Source of the DNA: Candidatus Latescibacterota bacterium
Lineage (GTDB): Bacteria > Latescibacterota > UBA2968 > UBA8231
DNA: 64,000 nt
Assembly: GCA_963422735.1 (NCBI GenBank)
Contig: OY730476.1
Coordinates: 3,584,001-3,648,000, forward strand
Reading direction: 5' to 3'
Shown here: positions 37,510-47,751 of the stretch, piece by piece
Numbering within the stretch: position 1 is the stretch's first letter
Layout: the number at the start of each line of letters is the position of its first letter
Made by a program: the position numbers and the translations under genes
The notes under the pieces: generated by a model
The model's input: only the letters and a program-made list of their open reading frames with translations
The model's database searches: none
Told to the model about the DNA's origin: nothing

Positions 37510-38012
37510 AATGCGGAGTGTGCGCTAAGCGCGAGGCCGTAGTAGCCTATACCCATATCGTTGACGACGTAAAACAGACGCTCCTGCTCTGCCACCAGTG
37601 CGCTAGCGAAAAAAACATCAAGGTGCGGATAGCTCCGGCTATACAGACCAAAGATGCGCCCGTGCTGGTGAAGGAAATCAAGATAGAGCTGGCCAAGCTG
37701 GCCGGGGCCGAAGGCGACGGGGGAGTGCGCTGTCCGACTTGCGAGATGAGCTACGAGGAATTCAAGAAGATTGGTCGCCTCGGCTGCCCGCACTGTTACG
37801 ATGCCTTCGCCCCACAGCTAGAGCATCTGCTCAAGCGCATCCACGGCGACAACAGGCACCGGGGCAAGGGGCCGATGGAAGCGACACAAAGTGCCCCAGT
37901 GGCCGAGGAATTGGAGCGATTGCGCGAAAAGCTGGCCCAAGCGGTGGAGACAGAGGCTTTTGAAGAGGCGGCTCAGCTCAGGGACCGCATCCGCGTCCTC
38001 GAAGGAAAATAG
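37506..38012 (+). CDS. mcsA: Protein-arginine kinase activator McsA
   Basis: ATG overlapping the lolD stop; four CxxC motifs (CGVC, CHQC, CPTC, CPHC), GRLGC, C-terminal UVR motif E.FEEAA.LRD. Confidence 0.9.
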   Translation: MKCGVCAKREAVVAYTHIVDDVKQTLLLCHQCASEKNIKVRIAPAIQTKDAPVLVKEIKIELAKLAGAEGDGGVRCPTCEMSYEEFKKIGRLGCPHCYDAFAPQLEHLLKRIHGDNRHRGKGPMEATQSAPVAEELERLREKLAQAVETEAFEEAAQLRDRIRVLEGK

Positions 38013-38014
38013 CC

Positions 38015-39079
38015 GTGAATATCGAGGACCTCGTTTACAATGCGGCTAGCTGGCTCAGCGGGGAAGGAGATACCGATGGCATGGTCGTTAGCTGTCGCGC
38101 CCGCTTAGCCCGCAATCTCGCAGCGTGGCCCTTTGCGCCAAAGACCACGCTCGAAGATCAAGAAAAAATCATTGAACAGGTCTTGATGGCCGCCCAAAAG
38201 GGCCGCCCTATGCGCGATGCGGCCTTTTTCCAAATGAACGCTCTACAAGCCAATCAGCGCCAGTTACTGGTGGAGCGCCACCTGATTAGCCCGGCTCTTG
38301 CCAAAAGCAAGGGCCAACGCGGCGTGCTCTTCAATGCGGATGAATCGCTTAGGGTAATGATTAACGAGGAGGATCACCTCCGCTTGCAGGCCATCCTCCC
38401 GGGTTTGCAAACGCACGCGGCGTGGCAGCGGGTTGATGCGCTCGACGACGCGCTCAGGAGCGAATTGGACTGGGCGCAATCGGAGCGCTGGGGCTTCTTG
38501 ACGGCCTGCCCGACCAATACGGGGACGGGCTTGCGGATATCGGTACTCATCCATCTGCCGGCCTTAGTCCTGACCGAGGATATGGAGCGGGTGATGCGCG
38601 GTTTGACCCAGATGGCTTTCGCGGTGCGCGGTTTCTACGGAGAAGGTACCAATGCGGTCGGCAACCTGTTTCAGATATCCAACCAAGCCACCATGGGCGT
38701 GGCCGAAGGGGAGATCGTCGAAAAGCTCTCCGAGGTGACCCAACAGATTATGGGCTATGAAAAAGAGGCGCAGGCCGCCCTGCTGGCAGACGCACCAGCG
38801 CAAGTAGAGGACAAGGTTTGGCGGGCACATGGGATTTTGCAACATGCGCGGGTGTTGAGCGGTCAGGAGTTTATGAACTTACTATCGGCAGTGCGCTTAG
38901 GATGTTGTTTGGGGATGATCGACGGCTTGCCCCTTGGTTTTATCAACCAGCTAATGATCGTTACTCAACCATCGCATTTGCAGGCCGAAGCCGGAGCGGA
39001 TCTCTCGCCGGCAGACCGCGATGTGCGCCGCGCCGAACGGGTGAGGCGGTACTGGGCCGAACAGGGGGGTTCACCTTGA
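38015..39079 (+). CDS. mcsB: Protein arginine kinase McsB
   Basis: RLARN, LVERHLISP, MINEEDHLR, LTACPTNTGTGLR, FQISNQ. Confidence 0.93.
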   Translation: MNIEDLVYNAASWLSGEGDTDGMVVSCRARLARNLAAWPFAPKTTLEDQEKIIEQVLMAAQKGRPMRDAAFFQMNALQANQRQLLVERHLISPALAKSKGQRGVLFNADESLRVMINEEDHLRLQAILPGLQTHAAWQRVDALDDALRSELDWAQSERWGFLTACPTNTGTGLRISVLIHLPALVLTEDMERVMRGLTQMAFAVRGFYGEGTNAVGNLFQISNQATMGVAEGEIVEKLSEVTQQIMGYEKEAQAALLADAPAQVEDKVWRAHGILQHARVLSGQEFMNLLSAVRLGCCLGMIDGLPLGFINQLMIVTQPSHLQAEAGADLSPADRDVRRAERVRRYWAEQGGSP

Positions 39080-39104
39080 CAACAATTTGCCCTTTTGGTA
39101 GGTT
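39076..39104 (+). promoter_or_regulatory. Possible internal promoter for clpC
   Basis: TTGACA-17 nt-TAGGTT overlapping the mcsB stop. Confidence 0.45.
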
Positions 39105-39224
39105 CACAACCGAGAGTTATCCGGCAGATTTGTACTGCTCGATATTCAATTTACGCTCTCCGAAGTGTCGAAAATCAAGCTTCCTTACATTACATTACAT
39201 AGACGGATTGTGGAGGATTACTAG

Positions 39225-41693
39225 ATGAACAACATGTTCACCGAAAACGTAAAACAAGTAATGAAGCTGGCACGCGAAGAGTCGGCGCGCTTAGGCCATA
39301 ACTACATTGGCACCGAACATCTGCTGTTGGGCATTATCAAGGACGGCAAGGGCAAGGCCGTGGCCGTGCTGACGAACTTGGGGTTGAGCTTGGAGACGGT
39401 TAAGCAGTCGGTGGAGGACTACGTGACGACCTCGGGCGGCACTATGGCCATCGGCGAGGTGCCCTATACTCCCCGTGCCAAACAAATTCTCGAAGTGGCG
39501 GCCAACGAGGCCAAGGAGATGAAGACGCAGTTCATCGACGTCGAACACCTGCTCTTAGCTCTGCTCAAGGACAAGGATGGGGTTGCCGCGCAGATTCTGG
39601 CCGCCTTTGGCGTCGATTACAAAACGGCCCTGGAAGAGACCTTGGCCGTGCTCGAAGGTAAGACCACTGGGCGCAAGGAAAAGGGCAAGAAGAGCAAGAC
39701 GCCTTTCCTCGACCACTTTGGCCGCGACCTGACTCAGTTGGCGCGCGAGAGCAAGCTAGATCCGGTGATCGGCCGCCAGAAGGAGATTGAGCGCGTCACA
39801 CAAGTGCTCAGCCGCCGCAAGAAGAACAATCCCATCCTCATCGGCGATCCAGGCGTCGGCAAGACAGCCATCGTCGAAGGGCTGGCCCAGCGCATCATTG
39901 AAAAGCGCGTACCGCAGATCCTCCTCGACAAGCGCTTGGTCACCCTCGACATGGGCGGAGTGGTCGCCGGAACCAAATACCGGGGCCAGTTTGAAGAGCG
40001 CATCAAGGCGGTGATGAACGAGCTCCAGCAAAACTCCGAAGTCATCATTTTCATCGACGAGCTACACACCATTGTCGGTGCCGGCAGTGCCGAGGGCACG
40101 TTGGATGCTTCCAATATGTTTAAGCCCGCGTTGGCGCGCGGAGAATTGCAATGCATCGGGGCCACTACCCTCGACGAGTACCGCAAGCACATCGAAAAGG
40201 ACGGGGCCCTCGAGCGGCGTTTTCAGAGCATCATGGTCGATCCACCCTCGGTCGAGGACACCATTGAGATCGTCAAGGGGCTACGCTCCAGCTATGAGAG
40301 CCACCATCACGTGGAGTTTGCCGACGATGTCGTTGCCTATGCGGTGCGCCAAGCCGATCGCTACATAAGCGACCGCTACTTGCCCGACAAGGCCATTGAT
40401 GTGATTGACGAGACGGGCTCGCGCGTACACCTAGCTCGGCTCAGCCCGCCGGAAGAGATCGGCCGAATTGAGGCCGAGATACAGGAGATCAACCGCAAAA
40501 AGAACGAAGCGTCCGAACGCCAGGATTTCGAGGACGCCGCCGTGCTGCGCGACAAGGCGATCCATTTGAATGAACAGCTACAAAACAAACGCCAAGCGTG
40601 GGAGGAAGCGGTCCGCGACGAAGTGGTCGAGGTGACGACAGACGACATCGCCGAGGTCATCGCCAGTATGACCGGCATCCCGATCTCGCGGCTAGCCAAG
40701 ACCGAGACCGAGCGCCTGCTGGCCATGGAAGATGCACTCACAAAGAGCATCGTCGGTCAGCAACAGGCGGTCACCGCGGTTGCGCGGGCCATCCGCCGCA
40801 GTCGCGCGGGCCTACAGGATCCCAAGCGGCCCATCGGCTCTTTTATCTTTCTCGGCCCGACAGGCGTGGGCAAGACCGAGTTGGCCAAGCGGCTAGCCGA
40901 ATTCCTCTTCGACGACGCCGATGCGTTGATTTCGGTCGATATGTCTGAGTACATGGAGAAATTCGCGGTATCGCGCCTGATGGGCGCACCTCCGGGCTAC
41001 GTGGGGTTTGACGAGGGGGGGCAGCTAACCGAACGGGTTCGCCGCCGTCCCTATTCAGTGGTTTTGCTAGACGAGGTCGAGAAAGCCCATCCCGATGTCT
41101 TCAACATCCTGTTGCAGATTCTCGACGAGGGGCGACTCACCGATAGCACGGGCCGCAAAGTAGATTTCTGCAACACCGTGCTGATTATGACCTCTAACGC
41201 GGGTAGTCGGGATGTGGGCACGGGGGGTGTATTGGGCTTTCAGAAGTCCGATTCCGACTCGATGTACGCGCTGATGGAGGACAAGATCAACGACGCCTTG
41301 AAAAAGACCTTCAACCCCGAATTCCTCAATCGCGTTGACGACGCCATCATTTTCCACGCACTCGACAAAGAGCACATCGCCGCCATCATAGATATTCGCT
41401 TGGAGGAATTCAAAGCGCGTTTGGTACTGCAGGACATCCAAGTGCGAGTTACGCCTGGAGCCAAAACATTGCTCGCTGACAAGGGTTTTGATCAGGCGTA
41501 CGGTGCTCGCTATTTGGAACGGATCATCCAGAAGATGCTCGAAGATCCGCTGGCCGAGGAGATTCTCCAGGGCCGCTTTGGCGAGGGCAGTCGCATCCGC
41601 GTCACCAAAAAAGGCGAGGGACTAGTTTTCGACGATGAGCGTCGAGGGGGTGTGGGTGAAGAGGTAAAGAAGAAGCGTGCGACCACGAACTGA
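39225..41693 (+). CDS. clpC: ATP-dependent Clp protease ATPase ClpC
   Basis: Two Clp-N repeats, [11 protein letters not shown] middle domain, [11 protein letters not shown] ClpP-docking loop. Confidence 0.96.
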   Translation: MNNMFTENVKQVMKLAREESARLGHNYIGTEHLLLGIIKDGKGKAVAVLTNLGLSLETVKQSVEDYVTTSGGTMAIGEVPYTPRAKQILEVAANEAKEMKTQFIDVEHLLLALLKDKDGVAAQILAAFGVDYKTALEETLAVLEGKTTGRKEKGKKSKTPFLDHFGRDLTQLARESKLDPVIGRQKEIERVTQVLSRRKKNNPILIGDPGVGKTAIVEGLAQRIIEKRVPQILLDKRLVTLDMGGVVAGTKYRGQFEERIKAVMNELQQNSEVIIFIDELHTIVGAGSAEGTLDASNMFKPALARGELQCIGATTLDEYRKHIEKDGALERRFQSIMVDPPSVEDTIEIVKGLRSSYESHHHVEFADDVVAYAVRQADRYISDRYLPDKAIDVIDETGSRVHLARLSPPEEIGRIEAEIQEINRKKNEASERQDFEDAAVLRDKAIHLNEQLQNKRQAWEEAVRDEVVEVTTDDIAEVIASMTGIPISRLAKTETERLLAMEDALTKSIVGQQQAVTAVARAIRRSRAGLQDPKRPIGSFIFLGPTGVGKTELAKRLAEFLFDDADALISVDMSEYMEKFAVSRLMGAPPGYVGFDEGGQLTERVRRRPYSVVLLDEVEKAHPDVFNILLQILDEGRLTDSTGRKVDFCNTVLIMTSNAGSRDVGTGGVLGFQKSDSDSMYALMEDKINDALKKTFNPEFLNRVDDAIIFHALDKEHIAAIIDIRLEEFKARLVLQDIQVRVTPGAKTLLADKGFDQAYGARYLERIIQKMLEDPLAEEILQGRFGEGSRIRVTKKGEGLVFDDERRGGVGEEVKKKRATTN

Positions 41694-41694
41694 T

Positions 41695-44079
41695 ATGAGA
41701 AATTTCCGCACTATACTTTTTGCAGTCGTCTCTGTGGGGTTGATGGGGAGCGCGGTCGAGGCCCAGAAGGTTGTCTCGATTGAGGTGCAGGGCGAGCTGC
41801 GCAAGGTGGCCAAGTCGCTGATACTGACTACGGTAGGTTTGGAGCCTGGAGTTGAGTTGTCGCAAGAGAACGTGCAGCAGGCGGTGCGCGATCTCCAAGG
41901 GCTCAACGTCTTTGAGGATATCCAGATATGGGGCGATCCCGTCCCCGAGGGAATCAACCTGATCATCATGGTTGAAGAATACCCAGCCTTAGAGGGTTTG
42001 CAGTTCAAGGGGCAGAAAAACCTCAAAGAAAAGGATTTCAAAGAAGCGCTGAGTTTGATCACCGGTCAGGTTATCGCGCCGAGGGATGTGGTGCGGGGCG
42101 AGCAGAAAATCCTCGACCTCTATCGCGAGAAAGGCTATCTGCGCGCTGAGGTCAAGGGCCAGACCTTTGCCGGCGTGGAAGAGGGCGAGGTATTCCTCCA
42201 ATACGACATCAACGAGGGATCCAAGGTGCAGATCAAGCAAATCCGCTTGGTCCAGCACCGCACCGACGGCACGGTGATCGACAGTCGAGAGCTACCGGCG
42301 CGCAGTCCGCGGCGTCCGCAAAAATGGGATAGTCAAGGCCCGGAGCCGCGTCGGTTGGTGTCGTTGATGGAGACCAAGGAGAAGCGCTGGTGGCGCAAGG
42401 GCGAATTCAACGGCGATACGTACGAGGAGGACAAGCAGAAGCTGCTGGCGTACTATCGCAGCTTGGGCTTTCAGCAGGCAGCCATAGTGCGCGATAGCGT
42501 CTATTACGACTCGACGCGGCGGCACTTGTTCATCGATGTGGAAATCGACGAGGGGCTACAGTACCGGTTGGGCCAAGTCGCTTGGGAGGGCAACGCGATC
42601 TTCGGTACCGACGAGTTGGTGGGGAAGCTGGAGTTGCAGGAGGGGATGGTATATAGGCGTTCGGGGCCAGAGCTAGCCGATTTGGCGCGCTTTGTCTATT
42701 ACGAGAAGGGCTACTTGGACACGCGAGTGGTGCCGCAGGAGACGATTCGCAACGATTCGATTGACGTGTCGTTTCAGGTATTTGAAGGGCAACCGTGGAC
42801 GATTCGCAAGGTCGAGATCGCCGGCAATACCAAGACGCGGGAAAAGGTGATCCGGCGCGAGATCGAATTGCGTCCGGGCGATATTTATCAGCAGAATCTC
42901 GTCCAGGAAAGTCAGCGGCGCATAGTTCTGTTGAACTTCTTCAAAGATGTGCAAATCCAGCCCCAATATAGTTCAGGCGAGGGCGAGCGGCTGGTGGATA
43001 TGGTATTCAACGTCGATGAAAGGCCAACCGGGCAAGCGTCTATGGGGGCGGGGTATTCGGACCGCGACAAGATGGTGGGCCAGATCGGGTTGCAGATTCC
43101 CAATTTCCGCGGTATGGGCCAGAGCCTGGACTTTAACTGGGAGTTCGGCACCCGACGCGAGCAGTTCCTAGTCGGTTTTACCGAGCCTTGGCTCTTCGAT
43201 ACCCCGACTAGTTTGTCGGTGCGCGCTTATACGCAAAACATCCAGTACTACGACTACCGGCAAGCCAGCCGCAATTCGATCCTCTGGAAATCCAAGCGCA
43301 ATTCGATCAATGTGCGAGTGGGCCGGCGGTTGAAGAAGCCGGCCAACTCCAGCCTTTCGCTGGGCTATCGCCTTTACAGCCAAGGCTATTCCGACTTTGG
43401 AGAAAACGCTAGATCTACTAGCGATCGCCGTCGCTTTGAAGATCGGCTTACAAGCCGCTTTGAGTTGATTTATACGCGCGATACGCGCGACCGAGCCGAG
43501 TTCCCGACCAAGGGTACAGTTTTTAGCTACACTCCATCGGTCGCCACCTCGATCGTTGCTGGCGATGTGGACTTCCACAACCACGAAGTGAATTTCAACT
43601 ACTATCGGCCGAGTTGGTGGAAGTTCGTCTGGAGTTTGGAGACCAAAGTCGCGGTTATAGATGGTTTTTCCGACTGGGACGACAACCACATTTCGTACTA
43701 TGACCTGTTTACTCCGGGGGGTATTGATTACTGGGACGGACAGGTCCGGGGCTATCCGGATTACTCCTTGGGTCCGAGGGCCGACGGGATTTCCCTCGGC
43801 GGCCGCTCGATGATGGTGCTGAACCTAGAGTACCGCTTCCCGATAGCCGAGCAGCAAGTGTACGGCATCCTCTTCGCAGACGCGGGCAACGCTTGGAAGA
43901 CGGTTCCCGACCTCAATCCCTTGGACCTCAGGCGCTCGCTGGGCTTTGGTTTTCGCGTCCAGACGCCGATGTTGGGGATGATCGGCTTCGACTTCGGCTA
44001 TGGTTTTGACCGCAAGAAGGTCGATGGTGCGCCGGCTGGCTGGAAGACCCACTTCCAGTTCGGCCCGCAGTTTTACTAG
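41695..44079 (+). CDS. bamA: Outer membrane protein assembly factor BamA
   Basis: POTRA repeats, GNTKTREKVIRRE, VRGY motif, FDFGYG, C-terminal HFQFG. Confidence 0.93.
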   Translation: MRNFRTILFAVVSVGLMGSAVEAQKVVSIEVQGELRKVAKSLILTTVGLEPGVELSQENVQQAVRDLQGLNVFEDIQIWGDPVPEGINLIIMVEEYPALEGLQFKGQKNLKEKDFKEALSLITGQVIAPRDVVRGEQKILDLYREKGYLRAEVKGQTFAGVEEGEVFLQYDINEGSKVQIKQIRLVQHRTDGTVIDSRELPARSPRRPQKWDSQGPEPRRLVSLMETKEKRWWRKGEFNGDTYEEDKQKLLAYYRSLGFQQAAIVRDSVYYDSTRRHLFIDVEIDEGLQYRLGQVAWEGNAIFGTDELVGKLELQEGMVYRRSGPELADLARFVYYEKGYLDTRVVPQETIRNDSIDVSFQVFEGQPWTIRKVEIAGNTKTREKVIRREIELRPGDIYQQNLVQESQRRIVLLNFFKDVQIQPQYSSGEGERLVDMVFNVDERPTGQASMGAGYSDRDKMVGQIGLQIPNFRGMGQSLDFNWEFGTRREQFLVGFTEPWLFDTPTSLSVRAYTQNIQYYDYRQASRNSILWKSKRNSINVRVGRRLKKPANSSLSLGYRLYSQGYSDFGENARSTSDRRRFEDRLTSRFELIYTRDTRDRAEFPTKGTVFSYTPSVATSIVAGDVDFHNHEVNFNYYRPSWWKFVWSLETKVAVIDGFSDWDDNHISYYDLFTPGGIDYWDGQVRGYPDYSLGPRADGISLGGRSMMVLNLEYRFPIAEQQVYGILFADAGNAWKTVPDLNPLDLRRSLGFGFRVQTPMLGMIGFDFGYGFDRKKVDGAPAGWKTHFQFGPQFY

Positions 44080-44106
44080 TACCTGATCGCAGGGGCAAAA
44101 GACGAA

Positions 44107-44140
44107 GCCCAAGGTGTCGTCTGGCATCTTGGGCCTTCTT
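44107..44140 (+). terminator. Stem-loop after bamA
   Basis: GCCCAAGGTGTC-gtct-GGCATCTTGGGC then cttctt. Confidence 0.55.
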
Positions 44141-44247
44141 ATGTCCGCTGTTTCACAAAATTCTGCCAAGTTGTATCTTATATAACTTACTCGGGATGAG
44201 AGCAAACAGCGATTTATAGAGAGGAACGGGTCGACGAGGGATTTGCT

Positions 44248-44529
44248 ATGGCCAAACAGTTGATCTGCGTACTTCTCTTAATCGTTTTGATTTCTCTTGC
44301 CGGATGTGTCCCTGGCGACGGGAAACACACTGAAGCGAATCCCGCCGGGGTTTTCTGGGGAATCTGGCACGGTTGGATTGCTCCTATATCGCTCATCTGG
44401 GGCCTGTTTGACTCGGCCATCCGCCTCTATGAACCGCAAAACACAGGCTGGTGGTACGATGCTGGGTTTTACATTGCTGTTATAAGCGGTTTCGGGGGGC
44501 TATCCTTGAAGCGGCGCAATCGCAAATAG
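44248..44529 (+). CDS. Small Trp/Gly-rich membrane lipoprotein, hypothetical
   Basis: Lipobox LAGC; PAGVFWGIWHGWIAP...YEPQNTGWWYDAGF. Confidence 0.75.
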   Translation: MAKQLICVLLLIVLISLAGCVPGDGKHTEANPAGVFWGIWHGWIAPISLIWGLFDSAIRLYEPQNTGWWYDAGFYIAVISGFGGLSLKRRNRK

Positions 44530-44628
44530 CTAATTCTTGTTCCGCCGTTGCAGCGAGAGCAGCGCAGTTGAATTAAAAATGAACGCAACTTCAATTCAAT
44601 TGATTTTCGTCCATAAAGAGGAGTACGT

Positions 44629-45162
44629 ATGAGACGCGCCCTATTGTTCGCCTTCGTCGTGGCTTGTTGCGCCACGAGTGCCTCGGCTCAGTTCAAAATA
44701 GGCTATATCGATTCGGAAGTACTCAAAGAGCGCCTGCCCGAATTCCGGGATGCGCAGCGCACGTTGGACCAGCTACGTCAGGACTATGAGAACCAAGCCA
44801 AGGACCGCGAGGCCGAGTTGCTCAAGTATCAGGAGGACTTTCAGCGGCAGGAGTTGCTGATGAGCGAGGCCCGCAAGGCGGAAATGCAGGCAGAATTCGA
44901 GGCGAAAGTTCAGCGATTGCAGCAGTTTACCCAGGAGAAATTTGGTCCTGAAGGCGAACTGATGCGCAAGAATATCGAGCTTTCCGAGCCGATCTTCAAA
45001 AAGATCAACGATGCCATTCAGGGCATGGCCGAGGAAGAGGGCTACGACTTCATTTTCGACGCCGCCGCGCCTTCGAGCGGTTTGGTCTTTGCCAAAGAGC
45101 AGTACGATCTGACCGAGCAGCTACTGGAACTGATGGAGAAGGAAAAGGAAGCACAGGAGTGA
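44629..45162 (+). CDS. skp: Periplasmic chaperone Skp/OmpH
   Basis: Signal peptide, KIGYIDS, coiled coil, GYDFIFD...DLT. Confidence 0.9.
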   Translation: MRRALLFAFVVACCATSASAQFKIGYIDSEVLKERLPEFRDAQRTLDQLRQDYENQAKDREAELLKYQEDFQRQELLMSEARKAEMQAEFEAKVQRLQQFTQEKFGPEGELMRKNIELSEPIFKKINDAIQGMAEEEGYDFIFDAAAPSSGLVFAKEQYDLTEQLLELMEKEKEAQE

Positions 45163-45596
45163 ATTTAACGGAGATTCTCGAGCTGCTGCCGCACCGCTAT
45201 CCGCTGCTGCTCATCGACCGCATCCTCGAATTGGTGCCTGGGGAACGCGTCGTGGCCTTGAAGAACGTGACGGCCAACGAATCGTTTTTCCAAGGGCATT
45301 TTCCCGGTTATCCGGTCATGCCCGGAGTGCTGATCGTCGAGGCACTGGCGCAAGCGGGTTGCGCGATGATGCTGCGCAGCATGGAAAATCCCGAATCCAA
45401 GGTGCCTTTTTTCGCTGGGATTGATCGCTGCAAATTTCGTCGCCCGGTAGTGCCAGGGGACCAGTTGCGGCTGGAGCTAACGGTGCTCAGGCAGCGGGGC
45501 GGGTCCTGTAAGTTGCAGGGGCGAGCACTAGTGGGGGAGGAAGTGGCGGCAGAGGCGGAGATTATGGCAGTATTGGGGGAGCGGGAAGGCCGTTGA
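45159..45596 (+). CDS. fabZ: 3-hydroxyacyl-ACP dehydratase (stand-alone, not fused to LpxC)
   Basis: LPHRYPLLLID, KNVT.NE, GHFP..PVMPGVL..EALAQ, FRRPVVPGD. Confidence 0.95.
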   Translation: MNLTEILELLPHRYPLLLIDRILELVPGERVVALKNVTANESFFQGHFPGYPVMPGVLIVEALAQAGCAMMLRSMENPESKVPFFAGIDRCKFRRPVVPGDQLRLELTVLRQRGGSCKLQGRALVGEEVAAEAEIMAVLGEREGR

Positions 45597-45606
45597 GGAG
45601 CATCTG

Positions 45607-46530
45607 ATGGATCGCCTTTATCACGTCCTCGAAGCGCAGCAATTCGACATAGACTTGATAGACGCCATTTTCTCTACGGCCCAAGAGATGGAGCAAGTAG
45701 TGCAGCACTACGGATCCAATATCCTCAATCGTCGGGTCATGGCGACGCTGTTCTACGAGCCTAGTACGCGTACGCGACTGTCTTTTGAATCGGCGATGAC
45801 GCGGTTGGGTGGAGCAGTCATTACAACCGAGAGCGCACAGGACTTCTCTTCGGCGGCCAAGGGGGAGACCCTCGAGGATACCATTCGCGTCGTCGCCGGA
45901 TACTCGGACGTGATCGTATTGCGCCACTACGAAAGCGGAGCCAGCAACCGAGCTGCTGCTATCGCTGGCATCCCGGTGATCAATGCTGGCGACGGGGCCG
46001 GGCAGCACCCGACTCAAGCCCTGTTGGATCTTTTTACCATCCAGCGTGAGATTGGACGCCTGAAAAAAATTACAATTGCTTTGGTGGGGGATTTGGCCAA
46101 TGGACGGACGGTACGTTCGCTGTGCTATCTGTTGGCCAAATACGAGGGCGTTAAGATGTACTTCGTCGCGCCTGAGATAGTGAGGATGAAAGACGACATA
46201 AAGGAGTACCTGCAGCGGCACCAGGTCTCTTTCGAGGAGGTGGATGACCTACATGAGGTGGCGAGGCAGGCCGATGTCGTCTATCAGACGCGCATTCAAA
46301 AGGAGCGTTTTGGCGACCGCACTGGAGAATATGAGCAGGCGCGGGGCAAGTACATTGTCGATCACTCGGTGATAGACTGTATGCAGGAGCACGCCGTTGT
46401 CATGCACCCGCTGCCGCGCGTTGACGAGATTGACCCGGAAGTGGACGCAGATCCGCGGGCGGCCTATTTTCGCCAAGCCCACAACGGGCTTTACGTGCGC
46501 ATGGCCCTTTTGCGGATGATCCTCGCTTGA
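45607..46530 (+). CDS. pyrB: Aspartate carbamoyltransferase catalytic subunit
   Basis: FYEPSTRTRLSF, NAGDG..QHPTQ, TRIQKERF, MHPLPR. Confidence 0.96.
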   Translation: MDRLYHVLEAQQFDIDLIDAIFSTAQEMEQVVQHYGSNILNRRVMATLFYEPSTRTRLSFESAMTRLGGAVITTESAQDFSSAAKGETLEDTIRVVAGYSDVIVLRHYESGASNRAAAIAGIPVINAGDGAGQHPTQALLDLFTIQREIGRLKKITIALVGDLANGRTVRSLCYLLAKYEGVKMYFVAPEIVRMKDDIKEYLQRHQVSFEEVDDLHEVARQADVVYQTRIQKERFGDRTGEYEQARGKYIVDHSVIDCMQEHAVVMHPLPRVDEIDPEVDADPRAAYFRQAHNGLYVRMALLRMILA

Positions 46531-46591
46531 CCTCAGTGGTACTGCCAGATATATTGCCGGCAACCGCTTCTTATTCTTAGGAGGATCACAG

Positions 46592-46708
46592 ATGGGTTCG
46601 AGTAAAGGCAGAATGAGGGATAAGGAATTGAGGAGTCGGCGACAGCGGCGCAAAAAGCGCTTGAAGCAACGCGCTCAGGAGGCTAAGCTGTCACCGCGGA
46701 AAAAGTAA
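46592..46708 (+). CDS. 38-aa Arg/Lys-rich small protein (not in the ORF track)
   Basis: AGGAGG RBS 7 nt upstream of ATG; MGSSKGRMRDKELRSRRQRRKKRLKQRAQEAKLSPRKK*; strong terminator follows. Confidence 0.7.
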   Translation: MGSSKGRMRDKELRSRRQRRKKRLKQRAQEAKLSPRKK

Positions 46709-46743
46709 ATAGCTAAAGCTAGAGGCCACCGGCCTTGCTTGGG

Positions 46744-46774
46744 AGAGCCGACAGATAGGCTGTCGGCTCTTTTT
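46744..46774 (+). terminator. Rho-independent terminator
   Basis: AGAGCCGACAG-atagg-CTGTCGGCTCT-TTTT. Confidence 0.8.
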
Positions 46775-46788
46775 GTATTGGAGGAGAA

Positions 46789-47751
46789 ATGGAAAGGGCC
46801 CTGCGCGTCGCCATCGCCGGTGCTAGCGGCATCGGCAAGCATCATGCCAAGTGGTTCCACCGCGTCGGTGCGCAAGTCGTTGGCTTTTTGGGCCGCAGTC
46901 GGGAAAGTGCCGCTGCTACAGAGCGCGTTTTACGCGATATTTTTCCCTTTGCGGGCCGGATATATTGGGACTTGGAGCGGCTGCTGACCGAAGAAGTGCC
47001 CGATGTGGTCGATGTCTGTCTGCCGAACGAGGCCCATTTCGACTGTGTCAAATGTGCTCTCGAACGGGGCTGTCACGTACTCTGCGAGAAGCCCTTAGTC
47101 TGGCATTCGAATGGGGAGCAGCAGACGCAGATGCAGGCGCGGGCTTTGGTTGATTTGGCGAGGCAAACCAATCTGCACTTGGGCGTTTGTACCCAATACG
47201 CTGCCGCGCTGCCTTACTACCGGCAGCTATACGAAAAGGCCCGTGGTTCGCTTGCTATCATAGAATCCTTTTACGCGGAAATGGAGACCTTGGCCCGGGG
47301 GCGTCGCCGCTGCGCCGCGGAGGTGTGGATCGATATGGCACCCCATCCTTTAAGCATGCTCCTAGCTTGGATGCCAGACGGGGTCATTGAGCCTGATTCG
47401 CTACAAGTGGTTCTAGGGAGCGGAGAAGCGCGAGCCTGTTTCAATTTTGCCGACTCGGCGGGAAGTTGTCATTGCGAAATCATCGTCCGCGATCTGCACG
47501 CGGGTCAACCCCTGCGGCGATTCGGCGTTAATGGCTTTTTGGTCGATTGCACGGGGCGGTCTGCGCCCGACGGGACCTATTGCTCGGTGCTCAGCACCGG
47601 TGAATCAGAGCTAATCGGCGATGATTTTATGTCGCTGCTTATCGCCCAGTTTGCTGAGGCGGCCGTACAGCCCAAACTAGCTCCGCTCGTATCCGGCGAA
47701 GTCGGGTTGCACAACCTCGAACTTCAGCTACAAGTTCTGCAGAACACCTAA
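46789..47751 (+). CDS. Gfo/Idh/MocA family oxidoreductase
   Basis: VAIAGASGIG, HVLCEKPL, DMAPHPL. Confidence 0.85.
   Translation: MERALRVAIAGASGIGKHHAKWFHRVGAQVVGFLGRSRESAAATERVLRDIFPFAGRIYWDLERLLTEEVPDVVDVCLPNEAHFDCVKCALERGCHVLCEKPLVWHSNGEQQTQMQARALVDLARQTNLHLGVCTQYAAALPYYRQLYEKARGSLAIIESFYAEMETLARGRRRCAAEVWIDMAPHPLSMLLAWMPDGVIEPDSLQVVLGSGEARACFNFADSAGSCHCEIIVRDLHAGQPLRRFGVNGFLVDCTGRSAPDGTYCSVLSTGESELIGDDFMSLLIAQFAEAAVQPKLAPLVSGEVGLHNLELQLQVLQNT

Noticed and set aside
39185-39200. TTACA x3 direct repeat upstream of clpC as a CtsR box
   Set aside because: Does not match the GGTCAAA heptad repeat and is too short to support
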